From NCBI GenBank assembly GCA_963735805.1, contig CAVTMK010000004.1, positions 736,001 through 800,000 on the forward strand: 64,000 nt of DNA, given 5' to 3'. The notes beneath the pieces were generated by a model. The model saw only the letters and a list, made by a program, of their open reading frames with translations. It searched no databases and had not been told where the DNA came from. Source of the stretch: an uncultured Verrucomicrobiae bacterium (GTDB lineage Bacteria; Verrucomicrobiota; Verrucomicrobiia; Chthoniobacterales; UBA10450). How positions within the stretch are numbered: position 1 is the first letter of the stretch; each line of letters opens with the position of its first letter. This document shows, one piece after another, positions 29,452 through 39,457 of the stretch. Both the position numbers and the translations under genes were made by a program.

Positions 29452-30450
29452 ATGGCCAACTACGCAATCAACGGTTTCGGGCGCATCGGACGCAACGTCC
29501 TTCGCGCGATGACGCAAAAACAAGTTCAGCAAGTCCTTGCCATCAATGATCTCACAGACACGCACACCCTTGCTCATTTGCTCAAATGGGATTCGGTGCA
29601 CGGCAAATTCGACGGCGAAATCGGTTACGACGATGAGAATATCATCGTACGCGGGCACAAAATTAGAATCCTGAAGGATCGCGACCCGGCGAACCTGCCT
29701 TGGAAAAAACTGGACATTGATGTTGTGCTCGAGTCGACCGGGTTCTTTACCAGCCGCGACAAAGCCGAACTGCATTTAAAAGCAGGCGCCAAACGAGTGC
29801 TGATCAGCGCACCAGCGAAAAACCCCGACGCCACGATTTGTATGGGTGTGAACGACGACGTCTTCGATCCTGCGAAGGACAAGATTGTTTCCAACGCGAG
29901 TTGCACCACGAATTGTCTCGCGCCGATGGCGAAGGTTTTGCATGACAAATTCGGAATCGCGCATGGGTTCATGAGCACGATCCATAGTTACACGAATGAC
30001 CAGCGCATCCTCGATTTTCCGCATCAGGATTTGAGACGCGCGCGAGCGGCGGCGATCAACATCATCCCTTCTACCACTGGCGCAGCCAAGGCAATCGGCG
30101 AAGTCATTCCGGAATTGAAAGGGAAACTAAACGGCGGCGCGTTCCGCGTGCCGACGCCGGACAGCTCAGTCACAGATTTTACTGTCGTGCTGGAGAAGGA
30201 CGCGACTGTGGACGCGATCAATTCTGCGTTCAAAGAAGCTGCGTCAGACAAGAGCTACAAAGGCGTGCTCGAATACAGCGATGAGGCGCTTGTTTCCCAG
30301 GACATCGTGGGCAACCCACACTCCTGCATTTTTGACAGCCAATTGACGCTGACGCTTGGCAATCGGTTCGTGAAAGTCGTGGGCTGGTATGACAACGAGT
30401 GGGGCTACAGTAACCGTTGCGTGGAATTGATGGAACTGTTGGCCGAATAG
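29452..30450 (+). CDS. gap: Glyceraldehyde-3-phosphate dehydrogenase
   Basis: INGFGRIGR, SNASCTTNCLAP, WYDNEWGYS. Confidence 0.98.
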   Translation: MANYAINGFGRIGRNVLRAMTQKQVQQVLAINDLTDTHTLAHLLKWDSVHGKFDGEIGYDDENIIVRGHKIRILKDRDPANLPWKKLDIDVVLESTGFFTSRDKAELHLKAGAKRVLISAPAKNPDATICMGVNDDVFDPAKDKIVSNASCTTNCLAPMAKVLHDKFGIAHGFMSTIHSYTNDQRILDFPHQDLRRARAAAINIIPSTTGAAKAIGEVIPELKGKLNGGAFRVPTPDSSVTDFTVVLEKDATVDAINSAFKEAASDKSYKGVLEYSDEALVSQDIVGNPHSCIFDSQLTLTLGNRFVKVVGWYDNEWGYSNRCVELMELLAE

Positions 30451-30493
30451 CGCCGTAATCGTGCTCCTGCACGTAATCATTTCTGATTGAGAC

Positions 30494-31705
30494 ATGCCGA
30501 AGCTTTCACTTCGTGATCTTGATGTGCGCGGAAAGCGTGTGCTGGTGCGTGTGGACTTCAACGTGCCGATGGAAACGCGTGCCGGCAAGATTCGTATCAC
30601 TGATGATACGCGGATTCGTGAAAGTCTGGCCACGATCAACTATCTGCGAGAGCACGGCGCCAAAACGATTTTGATGTCACATTTTGGCCGGCCCAAAGGC
30701 AAGCCGACTGAAAAATATTCGCTTCGTCCGATCGGCGATTATTTGCATACGCTGATTCATCAACCAGTCATTTTCAGTCACGACACAGTGGGAGAGGTGC
30801 CGGAGAAAATCGTCGAACATATGCAGAACGGTGATGTCGCGCTTTTAGAGAATGTAAGATTTCAGCCCGGCGAAGAAGCGAACGATCCGGACTTTGCCAA
30901 AGCGCTTGCCAGCCTCGGCGATCTTTACGTCAATGATGCTTTTGGCGCCGCTCATCGCGCGCACGCGTCCACGGTGGGAATCACAAAATTTGTGAGCAAA
31001 TCGGCCATGGGTTTCCTGATGGAAAAGGAATTGAAACACTTGCGTGACGGTCTTGAGAATCCGGCGAAGCCGTTCCTGGTTGTTTTAGGCGGCTCGAAGG
31101 TCTCCGACAAAATTGGGGTTTTGAAGGCGTTAATGGAAAAGGCCGACGTGATTTTGATTGGCGGCGCAATGGCGAACACTTTTCTAAAGGCCGAGGGAGT
31201 TCCGATGGGTGCAAGCAAAGTAGAATCGGATAAGCTCGACCTTGCACGCGAACTTCTCGAGTTGGCGAAGAAACGCGGCGTGAAATTTCTGCTTCCGATT
31301 GACGCGGTGGAAACGGACGAAATCCGCCCCGGCGCAAACATGCGAAACACAAGCCGGCTCTCGCCCGAGCATGGGATAAGCGACGGGTGGCAGGCAGTCG
31401 ATATCGGTGCGGCGACAATTGCACTTTATCAGGAGGAAATTGCGAAGGCTGAGACGATTCTGTGGAATGGGCCGCTCGGTATCTTCGAGATTCCAGAGTT
31501 TGGCGAGGGGACGATTGCGGTCGCGGAAGCGCTCGCGCAATCGGGCGCGACCACGATCATCGGCGGCGGCGATTCGGTGACTGCGGTGAAACAGGCTGGG
31601 CTTGCCGGGAAAATGACATTTATCTCGACGGGGGGCGGGGCGTCGCTTGAATTACTGGAGGGCAAGGAGTTGCCCGGCGTGGCCGCGTTAAGCGACAGGG
31701 AATAA
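30494..31705 (+). CDS. pgk: Phosphoglycerate kinase
   Basis: VRVDFNVP, NDAFGAAHRAHAS, GGGDS, STGGGASLELLEG. Confidence 0.98.
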   Translation: MPKLSLRDLDVRGKRVLVRVDFNVPMETRAGKIRITDDTRIRESLATINYLREHGAKTILMSHFGRPKGKPTEKYSLRPIGDYLHTLIHQPVIFSHDTVGEVPEKIVEHMQNGDVALLENVRFQPGEEANDPDFAKALASLGDLYVNDAFGAAHRAHASTVGITKFVSKSAMGFLMEKELKHLRDGLENPAKPFLVVLGGSKVSDKIGVLKALMEKADVILIGGAMANTFLKAEGVPMGASKVESDKLDLARELLELAKKRGVKFLLPIDAVETDEIRPGANMRNTSRLSPEHGISDGWQAVDIGAATIALYQEEIAKAETILWNGPLGIFEIPEFGEGTIAVAEALAQSGATTIIGGGDSVTAVKQAGLAGKMTFISTGGGASLELLEGKELPGVAALSDRE

Positions 31706-31708
31706 GCT

Positions 31709-32845
31709 GTGCCAGTTCGCGAGGTCGTTTCGAAGGTTCACTTTGAACCTCCAGCGTCTTGCGAACCAACCGGCCGGAAGGCCCCCATCCACGCCCTGGC
31801 TAATTCGGCCATTGCGGTAACCACATTCCTTATCACTTGCGTCGGTTTGCACGCGGTGCTGCCGTTTCCGGAAATCGACGGTGGGGTCTCGGAGAAATTC
31901 CGATTTTTTTCCGCGCACAAGGACGAATTTGACACGCTGTTTATTGGATCGAGCCGGATCTACTTTCAGATATCGCCCGCTATTTTTGATCGGGTCACGC
32001 GCGAGAGCGGGCTGCCGACCCATAGCTTCAACTTCGGCATTGGCGGCATGTATTTACCGGAATCCTCTTACCTGCTTGAGCAGATTTTAAATCTGAAGCC
32101 GCGCAATCTGAGATGGGTTTTCATCGAATACGATGAATTGCAAACGAAGTGGTCTCCCGAGAACCAGACAAGTCGTCGCGCGCTCTATTGGGCCGACTGG
32201 AAACGCGTATCACCCCTTTTGCGAAAACTGACCGACGCCGGCGCTGATCCGCTTTGGCTGCCGAATCCCGGAAAACTTCGCGACATTGTTCTGCGTCAAA
32301 AAGACGAGAAAAATACGCGCGGCCTGCTGACGTTTTATGTGACGCAGTTTGAAAGAAATTATACGAACGTCTCAAGAGCGGCTGACGTTCTAGACTATTT
32401 TTGGCGCCGCGATACACGTGAACGTCGCACGAGCTACCTTGGTGCCTCCGGCGATGGGTACGTCACCAGACCGGGGGGAATGTCTCCCAGCCAGACGGCC
32501 ACCTATGAGCGCGGGGTCGCGGCTGCGATGGCAGAAGCCGGTACACATCCTCCTTCATCTTATACGGTCGAGGCCTATCGGCAATGCGCGCAAGAAGTCA
32601 GGAATATTGGAGCCACACCAATCTTTTTGATCACCCCGAGCATGACTCAGATTGACATGGCCACCAACAGTATCGGAGCGCCGGGTGTTGTGATGGCGTT
32701 TAATGATCCCCGAACGTATCCAAACCTCTACCGCAGCGGCCTACGTCGCGACGGACAACATTTGACTAAATCAGGCGCAGAAGAATTCACGCGTGTCGTA
32801 GCAGCGAATTTTGTGGAGCTTGCGCGAGCAGGCGAAATCAAGTGA
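31709..32845 (+). CDS. Membrane-anchored SGNH-like protein (AlgJ/DltD-like partner of MBOAT)
   Basis: N-terminal TM helix, FIGSSR, FNFG, DGQHL (DxxH) motifs. Confidence 0.65.
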   Translation: MPVREVVSKVHFEPPASCEPTGRKAPIHALANSAIAVTTFLITCVGLHAVLPFPEIDGGVSEKFRFFSAHKDEFDTLFIGSSRIYFQISPAIFDRVTRESGLPTHSFNFGIGGMYLPESSYLLEQILNLKPRNLRWVFIEYDELQTKWSPENQTSRRALYWADWKRVSPLLRKLTDAGADPLWLPNPGKLRDIVLRQKDEKNTRGLLTFYVTQFERNYTNVSRAADVLDYFWRRDTRERRTSYLGASGDGYVTRPGGMSPSQTATYERGVAAAMAEAGTHPPSSYTVEAYRQCAQEVRNIGATPIFLITPSMTQIDMATNSIGAPGVVMAFNDPRTYPNLYRSGLRRDGQHLTKSGAEEFTRVVAANFVELARAGEIK

Positions 32846-32892
32846 TCAATCAATGACTGCCGGTTTAATTTCGCACCCCATTCTCTGTTCGA

Positions 32893-34299
32893 ATGTCTTT
32901 CGTTGAATTTCGATTCCTCTGGTTTTTCCTGGCTGTCTTCATCGTCTACTGGACGATGCGAAACAACACAGCGCGAAAGGTGTGGCTTCTCCTGTGCAGC
33001 TATGTTTTTTACGCAGCCTGGAATTGGAAGTTCACATTCCTGGTCCTCGGATCTACGACGGTCGATTACATCGTCGGCCGAATGCTCGGACGCACTGAAA
33101 GTCCGGCATGGCGGCGCTTCTGGCTTGCCGGCAGTATCTGCGTCAATCTCGGGGTCCTGGGTTTTTTTAAATACTTTAACTTTTTTGTCTCTTCCGCGTC
33201 CGGGTTTTTAGCGTGGATTGGCCTACCCGCCAGCGTGAACACGCTCAACATCATTCTGCCCGTCGGCATCAGCTTCTACACGTTTCACTCGATGAGCTAC
33301 ACGATCGACGTGTACCGCGGCAAGCAGCGCCCCATTTCGAATTTTGTCGATCTTGCGTTGTTCGTCAGTTTTTTCCCGCCATTGGTAGCGGGCCCGATTG
33401 TCCGTGCCGTTTACTTTCTGCCGCAGCTCGTTTCGGCCAAGAAGTTTTCCAATATCGATGTGCGCGGCGCGGTAATGCTATTCCTGGCGGGATTCATCAA
33501 GAAGGCGTGCATTGCCGATGGAGTCGCGCCGACTGTCGACCGCTATTTCGCGCATCCGGCGGATTTCACACCAACGAGCGCCTGGATTGGCGTGCTGTTC
33601 TACGCCATCCAGATCTACTGCGATTTTTCCGGCTACACAGATATGGCCATCGCCGCTGCGCGGCTGCTGGGGTACCAATTGCCGAACAACTTCCAGTTTC
33701 CCTACTTTGCGCGGGACGTTTCTGATTTCTGGCGGCGCTGGCACATTAGTCTCTCAAGTTGGCTGCGTGATTATCTCTACATTCCGCTCGGCGGAAATCG
33801 CGGCTCGCGCGGGTTCGCTTATCGGAATGTCATGGTCACGATGTTGCTCGGCGGCCTGTGGCATGGAGCCGCGTGGACGTTCGTTATCTGGGGCGCGTTA
33901 CATGGAACCGCGCTCCTTATCCATCGGGAGTGGATCCGCCTTACCGAGGGTCTCAAGTGGGCCGCGCATGTTATGCGCTGGCTTGCCTGGCCGATTACCA
34001 TCTTCGCGATATGCGTTGCCTGGATTTTTTTCCGTGCGCATGACCTCAGCAGTGCGGGAACAATATTAAAGCAGTTCGCCTTGTTTCACGGCGTTGGTAA
34101 TCAACATTTTCACCGCTGGTTGCTCTTGCTGATTGTGGCACTTGCATTCATCCATTGGCTCAATTCTCGCAAATGGTTTGCAGAATGGTGGCGAAGATGG
34201 CCTGCCCCAGTCTTCGCCGCGGCTTATGGTTGCACTTTTGCGGTCGTCCTCTTATTTGTTCCGCCCCACTACACGCCCTTCATTTATTTTCAGTTCTGA
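32893..34299 (+). CDS. MBOAT O-acyltransferase (AlgI/DltB family)
   Basis: LPVGISFYTF, QIYCDFSGYTDMAI, FWRRWHISLSSWLRDYLYIPLGGNR, GLWHGA, FIYFQF. Confidence 0.93.
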   Translation: MSFVEFRFLWFFLAVFIVYWTMRNNTARKVWLLLCSYVFYAAWNWKFTFLVLGSTTVDYIVGRMLGRTESPAWRRFWLAGSICVNLGVLGFFKYFNFFVSSASGFLAWIGLPASVNTLNIILPVGISFYTFHSMSYTIDVYRGKQRPISNFVDLALFVSFFPPLVAGPIVRAVYFLPQLVSAKKFSNIDVRGAVMLFLAGFIKKACIADGVAPTVDRYFAHPADFTPTSAWIGVLFYAIQIYCDFSGYTDMAIAAARLLGYQLPNNFQFPYFARDVSDFWRRWHISLSSWLRDYLYIPLGGNRGSRGFAYRNVMVTMLLGGLWHGAAWTFVIWGALHGTALLIHREWIRLTEGLKWAAHVMRWLAWPITIFAICVAWIFFRAHDLSSAGTILKQFALFHGVGNQHFHRWLLLLIVALAFIHWLNSRKWFAEWWRRWPAPVFAAAYGCTFAVVLLFVPPHYTPFIYFQF

Positions 34300-34323
34300 G
34301 TCTGCACATAGGAAGCAAATCAC

Positions 34324-35088
34324 ATGAGAAAGAAAATCGTCGCCGCTAATTGGAAAATGAACATGACTCAGGCGGAGTCGGCGCGGTTTGTCGAATCAAT
34401 GCTTCTTGATTTGGGTGACATTACCGATGTGGAAGTGGTTATCGTGCCGCCGTTCACTGCGATTGCAAAAGTGATGGAATCACTCGGCAAAGCGCAAAAT
34501 ATAAAGGTCGGTGCGCAAAATATGTATTGGGAGAAGAACGGCCCATTTACCGGCGAAATCAGCGCTGCGCTGCTGCGCGACTTGTTTGTGCATTATGTGG
34601 TCCTCGGACACAGCGAGCGCCGGGCTTTGTTTGGTGAGACGGACGAAATCGTGAATCGCAAAGTGCGCGCTGCGCTTGAGGCAACCCTGCGTCCAATTGT
34701 TTGTGTCGGGGAAACGCTCCAGCAGCGTGACAGAGGCAACGTTGAGAAGATATTATCGATCCAATTACGTGGCAGCCTCGCTGGCCTGAGTCCAAAGGAA
34801 TTGCAGGAAACAGTGATAGCCTATGAGCCGGTCTGGGCCATCGGCACGGGTCGCAATGCGACGCCGGCTCAGGCACAGGAAGCCCACGCGTTTATCCGCC
34901 ACACTTTGCACGAAATGTCCGATGATACGACGGCCGAGCGCGTTCGTATTCTGTATGGCGGGAGTGTTAAACCGGAAAATGCAGCCGAGCTAATGAACCA
35001 GCCCGATATAGACGGCGCTCTTGTCGGCGGCGCAAGCCTCGACCCGCGTAGCTTCGTTCAAATCGTCAAGGCTGTCCGCGAAAAGTAA
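34324..35088 (+). CDS. tpiA: Triosephosphate isomerase
   Basis: NWKMN, GHSERR, AYEPVWAIGTG, YGGSVKPEN, GALVGGASL. Confidence 0.98.
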   Translation: MRKKIVAANWKMNMTQAESARFVESMLLDLGDITDVEVVIVPPFTAIAKVMESLGKAQNIKVGAQNMYWEKNGPFTGEISAALLRDLFVHYVVLGHSERRALFGETDEIVNRKVRAALEATLRPIVCVGETLQQRDRGNVEKILSIQLRGSLAGLSPKELQETVIAYEPVWAIGTGRNATPAQAQEAHAFIRHTLHEMSDDTTAERVRILYGGSVKPENAAELMNQPDIDGALVGGASLDPRSFVQIVKAVREK

Positions 35089-35130
35089 CGCGCGACCGCC
35101 GGGCGCACCGCAAGAACTCGCGAAAACAGT

Positions 35131-35270
35131 GTAGCCGAGATCGTCGATCTCGGTTCGAGGTCAACCATGTGTTTGGTATTGTTATAGCCGGCTCGTCGCG
35201 TCGAGGCGTTTCAATTTTCGATCCTGGTTTCATGTTGCAGCCGTAGCCCGGGTCCCTGACCCCGGCTACA
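35131..35270. repeat. Cluster of GTAG-REP-like hairpins between convergent genes
   Basis: GTAG-CCGAGATC-gtc-GATCTCGG (35131) and GTAGCCCGGGTC-cct-GACCCCGGCTAC (35243). Confidence 0.6.
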
Positions 35271-35290
35271 AACTGTCATCCATTTAAACC

Positions 35291-36292
35291 TTACGGGTTA
35301 TTGAGAACCACATTTGTTGCGGGCTTGTTCATGTGAACCTGAGCGCTTAACTTTTGAATTTGCGTGGCCCGCTCTTTAAGCTGCGCTGCAAGAGCTGCCA
35401 CGGTGGCTTCCAATTGCTCGACCTTCTTATGATCCTCGATAAGGTCCCTAAACGGCAGCTTCTGGGCCGTGCCGAAAGTACCGAGCTTGCCAGTGTCATC
35501 CACATGGACCGTACCGAGCTTGCCAGTGTCATCCACAACGACAAGAAAGGCGTCAGAATTAGGCGCTCCGTCGAGGATGCCACCAATATAGCAGTTTGAT
35601 TGTCCTCCTTGCGGCAGGTTGTCACCTATTCGGATCGTGTTGTTTTCACCAGCCAATCCGCGCACCTGAACGCCAATATCGATGTTGTTATCGCCTGTCA
35701 GATCGGCGCCGGCTCCAAAGCCTAGTGCAGTGTTGTTGTTCCCAGTAGTGCTAAAAAGTGCCCCGAGACCAATGCCTGTGTTCTGTGTGCCGGTAACGTT
35801 GTCAACAAGCGCATTAACGCCGAAGGCTGTGTTGCCGGTGCCTGTCGTGTTGAGGGCGAGTGCACTCCAACCAACGGCCGTGTTGAAGTCGGCCGTAGTA
35901 TTGCTGAAGAGCGCATTAGGGCCCATGGCGGTGTTGCCGGTGCCGGTGATGTTGCTAAAGAGCGCGAACGCTCCATTGGCCGTGTTGTCGGCACCAGTAA
36001 AATTGCTTAATAGCGCTCCGGCGCCGACAGCCGTGTTTTGATCCGCGGTGTTGAATAGCAGGGTGGCGCCGCCGACAGCTGTGCAGAATTTGCCGTTGGT
36101 GAGGCTTCGAAGCGAGTATATGCCAACTGCAGTGTTGTATATGCCGGCACTGGTGTTCAAGCTCGCAAGAGCATTTTGCCCCTCCGCCGTGTTAGCCCCG
36201 GGATAGCCTCCGTCGGGCGCTGGGCTGACAGCTTGCGCAATCGGCGAAAGCGCAAGGATGACCAGAACTGACAAGGTAATTTCGATTTTCAT
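35291..36292 (-). CDS. Secreted G/N/T-repeat protein lacking the S74 chaperone core
   Basis: MKIEIT signal peptide, PAPDGGYPG, 14-aa repeats, coiled-coil tail; no SSRRFK block. Confidence 0.8.
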   Translation of the reverse strand: MKIEITLSVLVILALSPIAQAVSPAPDGGYPGANTAEGQNALASLNTSAGIYNTAVGIYSLRSLTNGKFCTAVGGATLLFNTADQNTAVGAGALLSNFTGADNTANGAFALFSNITGTGNTAMGPNALFSNTTADFNTAVGWSALALNTTGTGNTAFGVNALVDNVTGTQNTGIGLGALFSTTGNNNTALGFGAGADLTGDNNIDIGVQVRGLAGENNTIRIGDNLPQGGQSNCYIGGILDGAPNSDAFLVVVDDTGKLGTVHVDDTGKLGTFGTAQKLPFRDLIEDHKKVEQLEATVAALAAQLKERATQIQKLSAQVHMNKPATNVVLNNP

Positions 36293-36313
36293 TGTTGACT
36301 TCGGGTTGCAGCT

Positions 36314-36340
36314 GTAGCGGGGTCGGCGACCCCGGCCACA
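36314..36340. repeat. GTAG-REP-like hairpin
   Basis: GTAG-CGGGGTC-ggc-GACCCCG-GCCACA. Confidence 0.6.
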
Positions 36341-36360
36341 AACTGTCATCCACTCCTCCT

Positions 36361-37662
36361 CTACTGATTATTGAGAACGACCTTTGTCGCCGACTTGTTC
36401 ATTTGAACCTGGGCGCTGACTTTTTGAATTTGAGCGGCTTGTTCTTCAAGCTGTGCTGTGAGACCTGCCATTCCCTTCTCCAATTCCTGCACTCTCCGAT
36501 GTTCTTTCAGGAATTCGTTGAGCAACATGGCGTTCACCTGGTCGTAACGCACGCTGTATGGTTTTCCATCCTTGTCGCGCGCCACCAGGTTCGCATCCAC
36601 GTCGGCGACTTCCTCGGCGATCAAACCAAATCGGGGGCTGCAGTTCTTGTCGCTCTTGTAGTGGAAGGTCACCGGTTTAAGAGCCAGGATGGCTTCGCTG
36701 GTTTTGTCCATTGGTTCAATAGCGTCCTTGAAGCGTCGCGACGAGGGGAGGGTCCCCACCTTTCCATTAACATCGATGGCCATAGGGAGGTTATCGGGAT
36801 TAAGCGGTTCCTCAAAGACATGGCCGATATAGCAACCATCCGTGACGTTTACGCCCGTAATGCCGATACAAATGGTGTCACTAGCCGTGGTGACGTTCGA
36901 GCCGGCGTTGGCGCCCAAGGCGATGTTGTTGTTACCTCCGTTGATGTGTGCCCCAGCGCCATAGCCGACGGCAGTGTTGCTGCTACCGGCATGGGTTAGC
37001 TGAAGTGCGGAAACACCGACAGCCGTATTGGTGCCGCCTGTCGTGTTGCCCTGGAGCGCTTGAAAACCGTCGGCCGTGTTAAAGTTGCCGCTGGTGTTGC
37101 CCTCGAGCGCCTCTGAGCCGGAAGCGGTATTCTCGATACCGTCGCCGTTGAAATTGAGCGCAGCGTAGCCAACGCCCGTGTTGTCGCTGCCAGCGTTAGC
37201 AACAAGCGTCGCGTCACCGATCGCCGTGTTGAAGGTGCCAGTCGTGTTCGACAATAGTGCGTCCGAACCAACAGCTGTGTTGTAAGCGCCGTCGATATTG
37301 CTAAAAAGAGCGAAAGCTCCGTTGGCCGTGTTGTTGAAGCCGGTGGTGTTGCTTAACAGCGCCCCAGCGCCAGTGGCCGTATTTTCGACTCCCTTACCCG
37401 AACTTAGGTCCCCCACATTAGCAAGGAGCGCTCCTGCCCCAAGGGCCGTGTTGAACTGGCCGGTGGTTTCGCTCCTGAGCGAAAACCAACCAACTGCCGT
37501 ATTGTATGTGCCAGTGGTGAGACCGAGAAGTGCGTTCTGTCCCTCAGCGGTGTTGAATCCGGCATAGCCGCCATCCGGCGCTGGGACAACCGCTTGCGCA
37601 ATTGGGGAAAGCGCGAAGCCAGCCATCGCAAGCAACTTAAGAATGACATTTCGATTTTTCAT
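36361..37662 (-). CDS. Secreted tail-fibre-like repeat protein with S74-type chaperone
   Basis: Signal peptide, repeats, SSRRFK...FGLIAEEV...RYDQVNAMLLNEF. Confidence 0.82.
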   Translation of the reverse strand: MKNRNVILKLLAMAGFALSPIAQAVVPAPDGGYAGFNTAEGQNALLGLTTGTYNTAVGWFSLRSETTGQFNTALGAGALLANVGDLSSGKGVENTATGAGALLSNTTGFNNTANGAFALFSNIDGAYNTAVGSDALLSNTTGTFNTAIGDATLVANAGSDNTGVGYAALNFNGDGIENTASGSEALEGNTSGNFNTADGFQALQGNTTGGTNTAVGVSALQLTHAGSSNTAVGYGAGAHINGGNNNIALGANAGSNVTTASDTICIGITGVNVTDGCYIGHVFEEPLNPDNLPMAIDVNGKVGTLPSSRRFKDAIEPMDKTSEAILALKPVTFHYKSDKNCSPRFGLIAEEVADVDANLVARDKDGKPYSVRYDQVNAMLLNEFLKEHRRVQELEKGMAGLTAQLEEQAAQIQKVSAQVQMNKSATKVVLNNQ

Positions 37663-37730
37663 AAGTGTGATTTTCCTTTCAGTGTTTTTGGCCTTCTTTG
37701 AGTTCTTCTGGAGAAGTCATTTCTGGCCGT

Positions 37731-37774
37731 TCACTGATGTACTTCGTAAAAATTCCCGACGCGTTACGCGGAAA
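37731..37774 (-). promoter_or_regulatory. Conserved ECF-type promoter motif, copy A (GTAAC-N16-CGAAGTA)
   Basis: TTTCCGCGTAACGCGTCGGGAATTTTTACGAAGTACATCAGTGA; repeated before four genes. Confidence 0.6.
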
Positions 37775-37941
37775 ATGCGGGAATCTTAGGAACCACGGAT
37801 TGCGCGGATGTCACGGACATGGATTTTTTAAACAGAAGAAAACGAAGGCAGCGAAAGTCGCCGGCGATCAGGTCAGATTGGAATGTATCTTTGTTTCCTT
37901 CGTTACCTTATGTAAGTCTGCGTTTCCTTCCGGTCCTCGGC

Positions 37942-39195
37942 TTAGGGATGGCTCACGACGACTTTCGGCGCCGGTCTGTCCATTTCAATCTGTGCGCTCA
38001 CTTTCTGGATTTGCCGTGCCTGCTCCTTAAGCTGTGCTGTCAGAGCCTGAACTCCGTGCTTCAGCTGCGTGGTGGTGACTTCTTGCTGCTGAATTTTGCG
38101 GTCTTGCTGCGCGATAGTGACCTCCTGTTTGGCTACTTTGGACTTTAATTGGCTAATGCTTCCCTGCTGTACCTCGACTTTGCGAAGCATGGCTTGGGGC
38201 TGGGCGCCCTGGGGACTAGGTACAATCGTCTTGTTTCCATCAGCATCGACGGGCACCGTGCCTAACTTTCCATCGGAATCGATGAACACGAACTGAATGG
38301 TGTTCGTATCAACCGTCGCACCGCTGATGTTGCCGATATAACAGCTGTCATCCAGCTCGCCAAAAACGCTGGATACACCAGCTACGCCGATTGCAATAAC
38401 GTTACTGGCGTGGACAATACCGGTGCCAGCGAAGGCACCCAGAGCCACGTCGCTACTGCCGTCGATGATACTATTACCGGCCTCTTTACCCAGAGCCACG
38501 TTTAGACTGCCGCCGTTCAGGGTAATTAGCGCATCATCACCCATAGCTGTGTTACGGCTGCCCGACACGCTGCTTTTGAGGACTTCATCGCCGAACGCCT
38601 CGTTTTCGAAGCCGTCCACATTGGCCCCGAGTGCATTGCGACCATGGGCGTTGTTGTAGTCGCCGCTCGTATTGGCATTGAGCGCGAAAGCACCAACGGC
38701 ATTATTATTGCTGCCGTTAAGGTTGTCTACAAGGGCAGCCGCTCCAACAGCTGTGTTTAAGAAGCCGGTGCTGTTATTTTCGAGTGCACTAGCTCCGTTC
38801 GCCGTGTTTTCTTCGCCTTCCGTATTGCCAAAGAGTGCGAACGCTCCATTGGCCGTGTTGGAGGCGCCGGTGGTGTTGTTCAAAAGTGCCGCTGTGCCAA
38901 TGGCGGTGTTTTGAGTTCCCTCACCTGTACTTTGGTCGCCCACGTTGAAAAGAAGCGTCCCCGCGCCGACACCGGTGTTGAAACTGCCGTCGGTGTTGCT
39001 CCAGAGCGAGAACCAACCGACTGCCGTATTCCCTACGCCGGTGGTGAGGTTAAGAAGGGCGCTTTGGCCTTCTGCCGTGTTGGACCCTGGATAGCCACCG
39101 TCCGGTGGTGGGACCACCGCTTGCGCAATCGGTGAAAGTGCAAGGAAGCCAAGTGCAAAGAGTATTGTTGTGAACGTGATGTTTCGATTCTTCAT
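37942..39195 (-). CDS. Secreted G/N/T-repeat protein lacking the S74 chaperone core
   Basis: Signal peptide, repeats, GKLGT followed directly by a linker and coiled coil. Confidence 0.8.
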   Translation of the reverse strand: MKNRNITFTTILFALGFLALSPIAQAVVPPPDGGYPGSNTAEGQSALLNLTTGVGNTAVGWFSLWSNTDGSFNTGVGAGTLLFNVGDQSTGEGTQNTAIGTAALLNNTTGASNTANGAFALFGNTEGEENTANGASALENNSTGFLNTAVGAAALVDNLNGSNNNAVGAFALNANTSGDYNNAHGRNALGANVDGFENEAFGDEVLKSSVSGSRNTAMGDDALITLNGGSLNVALGKEAGNSIIDGSSDVALGAFAGTGIVHASNVIAIGVAGVSSVFGELDDSCYIGNISGATVDTNTIQFVFIDSDGKLGTVPVDADGNKTIVPSPQGAQPQAMLRKVEVQQGSISQLKSKVAKQEVTIAQQDRKIQQQEVTTTQLKHGVQALTAQLKEQARQIQKVSAQIEMDRPAPKVVVSHP

Positions 39196-39224
39196 TAGTT
39201 ATTTTTTGGGTTGTTTTTGGCCCT

Positions 39225-39268
39225 TCACTGCTGTACTTCGTAAAATTTCCCGACGCGTTACGCGAAAA
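39225..39268 (-). promoter_or_regulatory. Conserved ECF-type promoter motif, copy B
   Basis: TTTTCGCGTAACGCGTCGGGAAATTTTACGAAGTACAGCAGTGA. Confidence 0.6.
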
Positions 39269-39457
39269 GTTCTGTTTCTTACGGAAGGCAACGAAGGTTT
39301 TTCATTCGGACTGGGACGCACGTCGCTTTTGTTTCCATTGTCCACTTCTGTTATCGGTGTAGATGAGCGACGACTACTAGACGAGCCTGACGCGGTCAGC
39401 CACTGGCGACGAACCTTCGGCTCCGCCTCTGAATCTGTTTCCGTCCGAACCCCGCGC

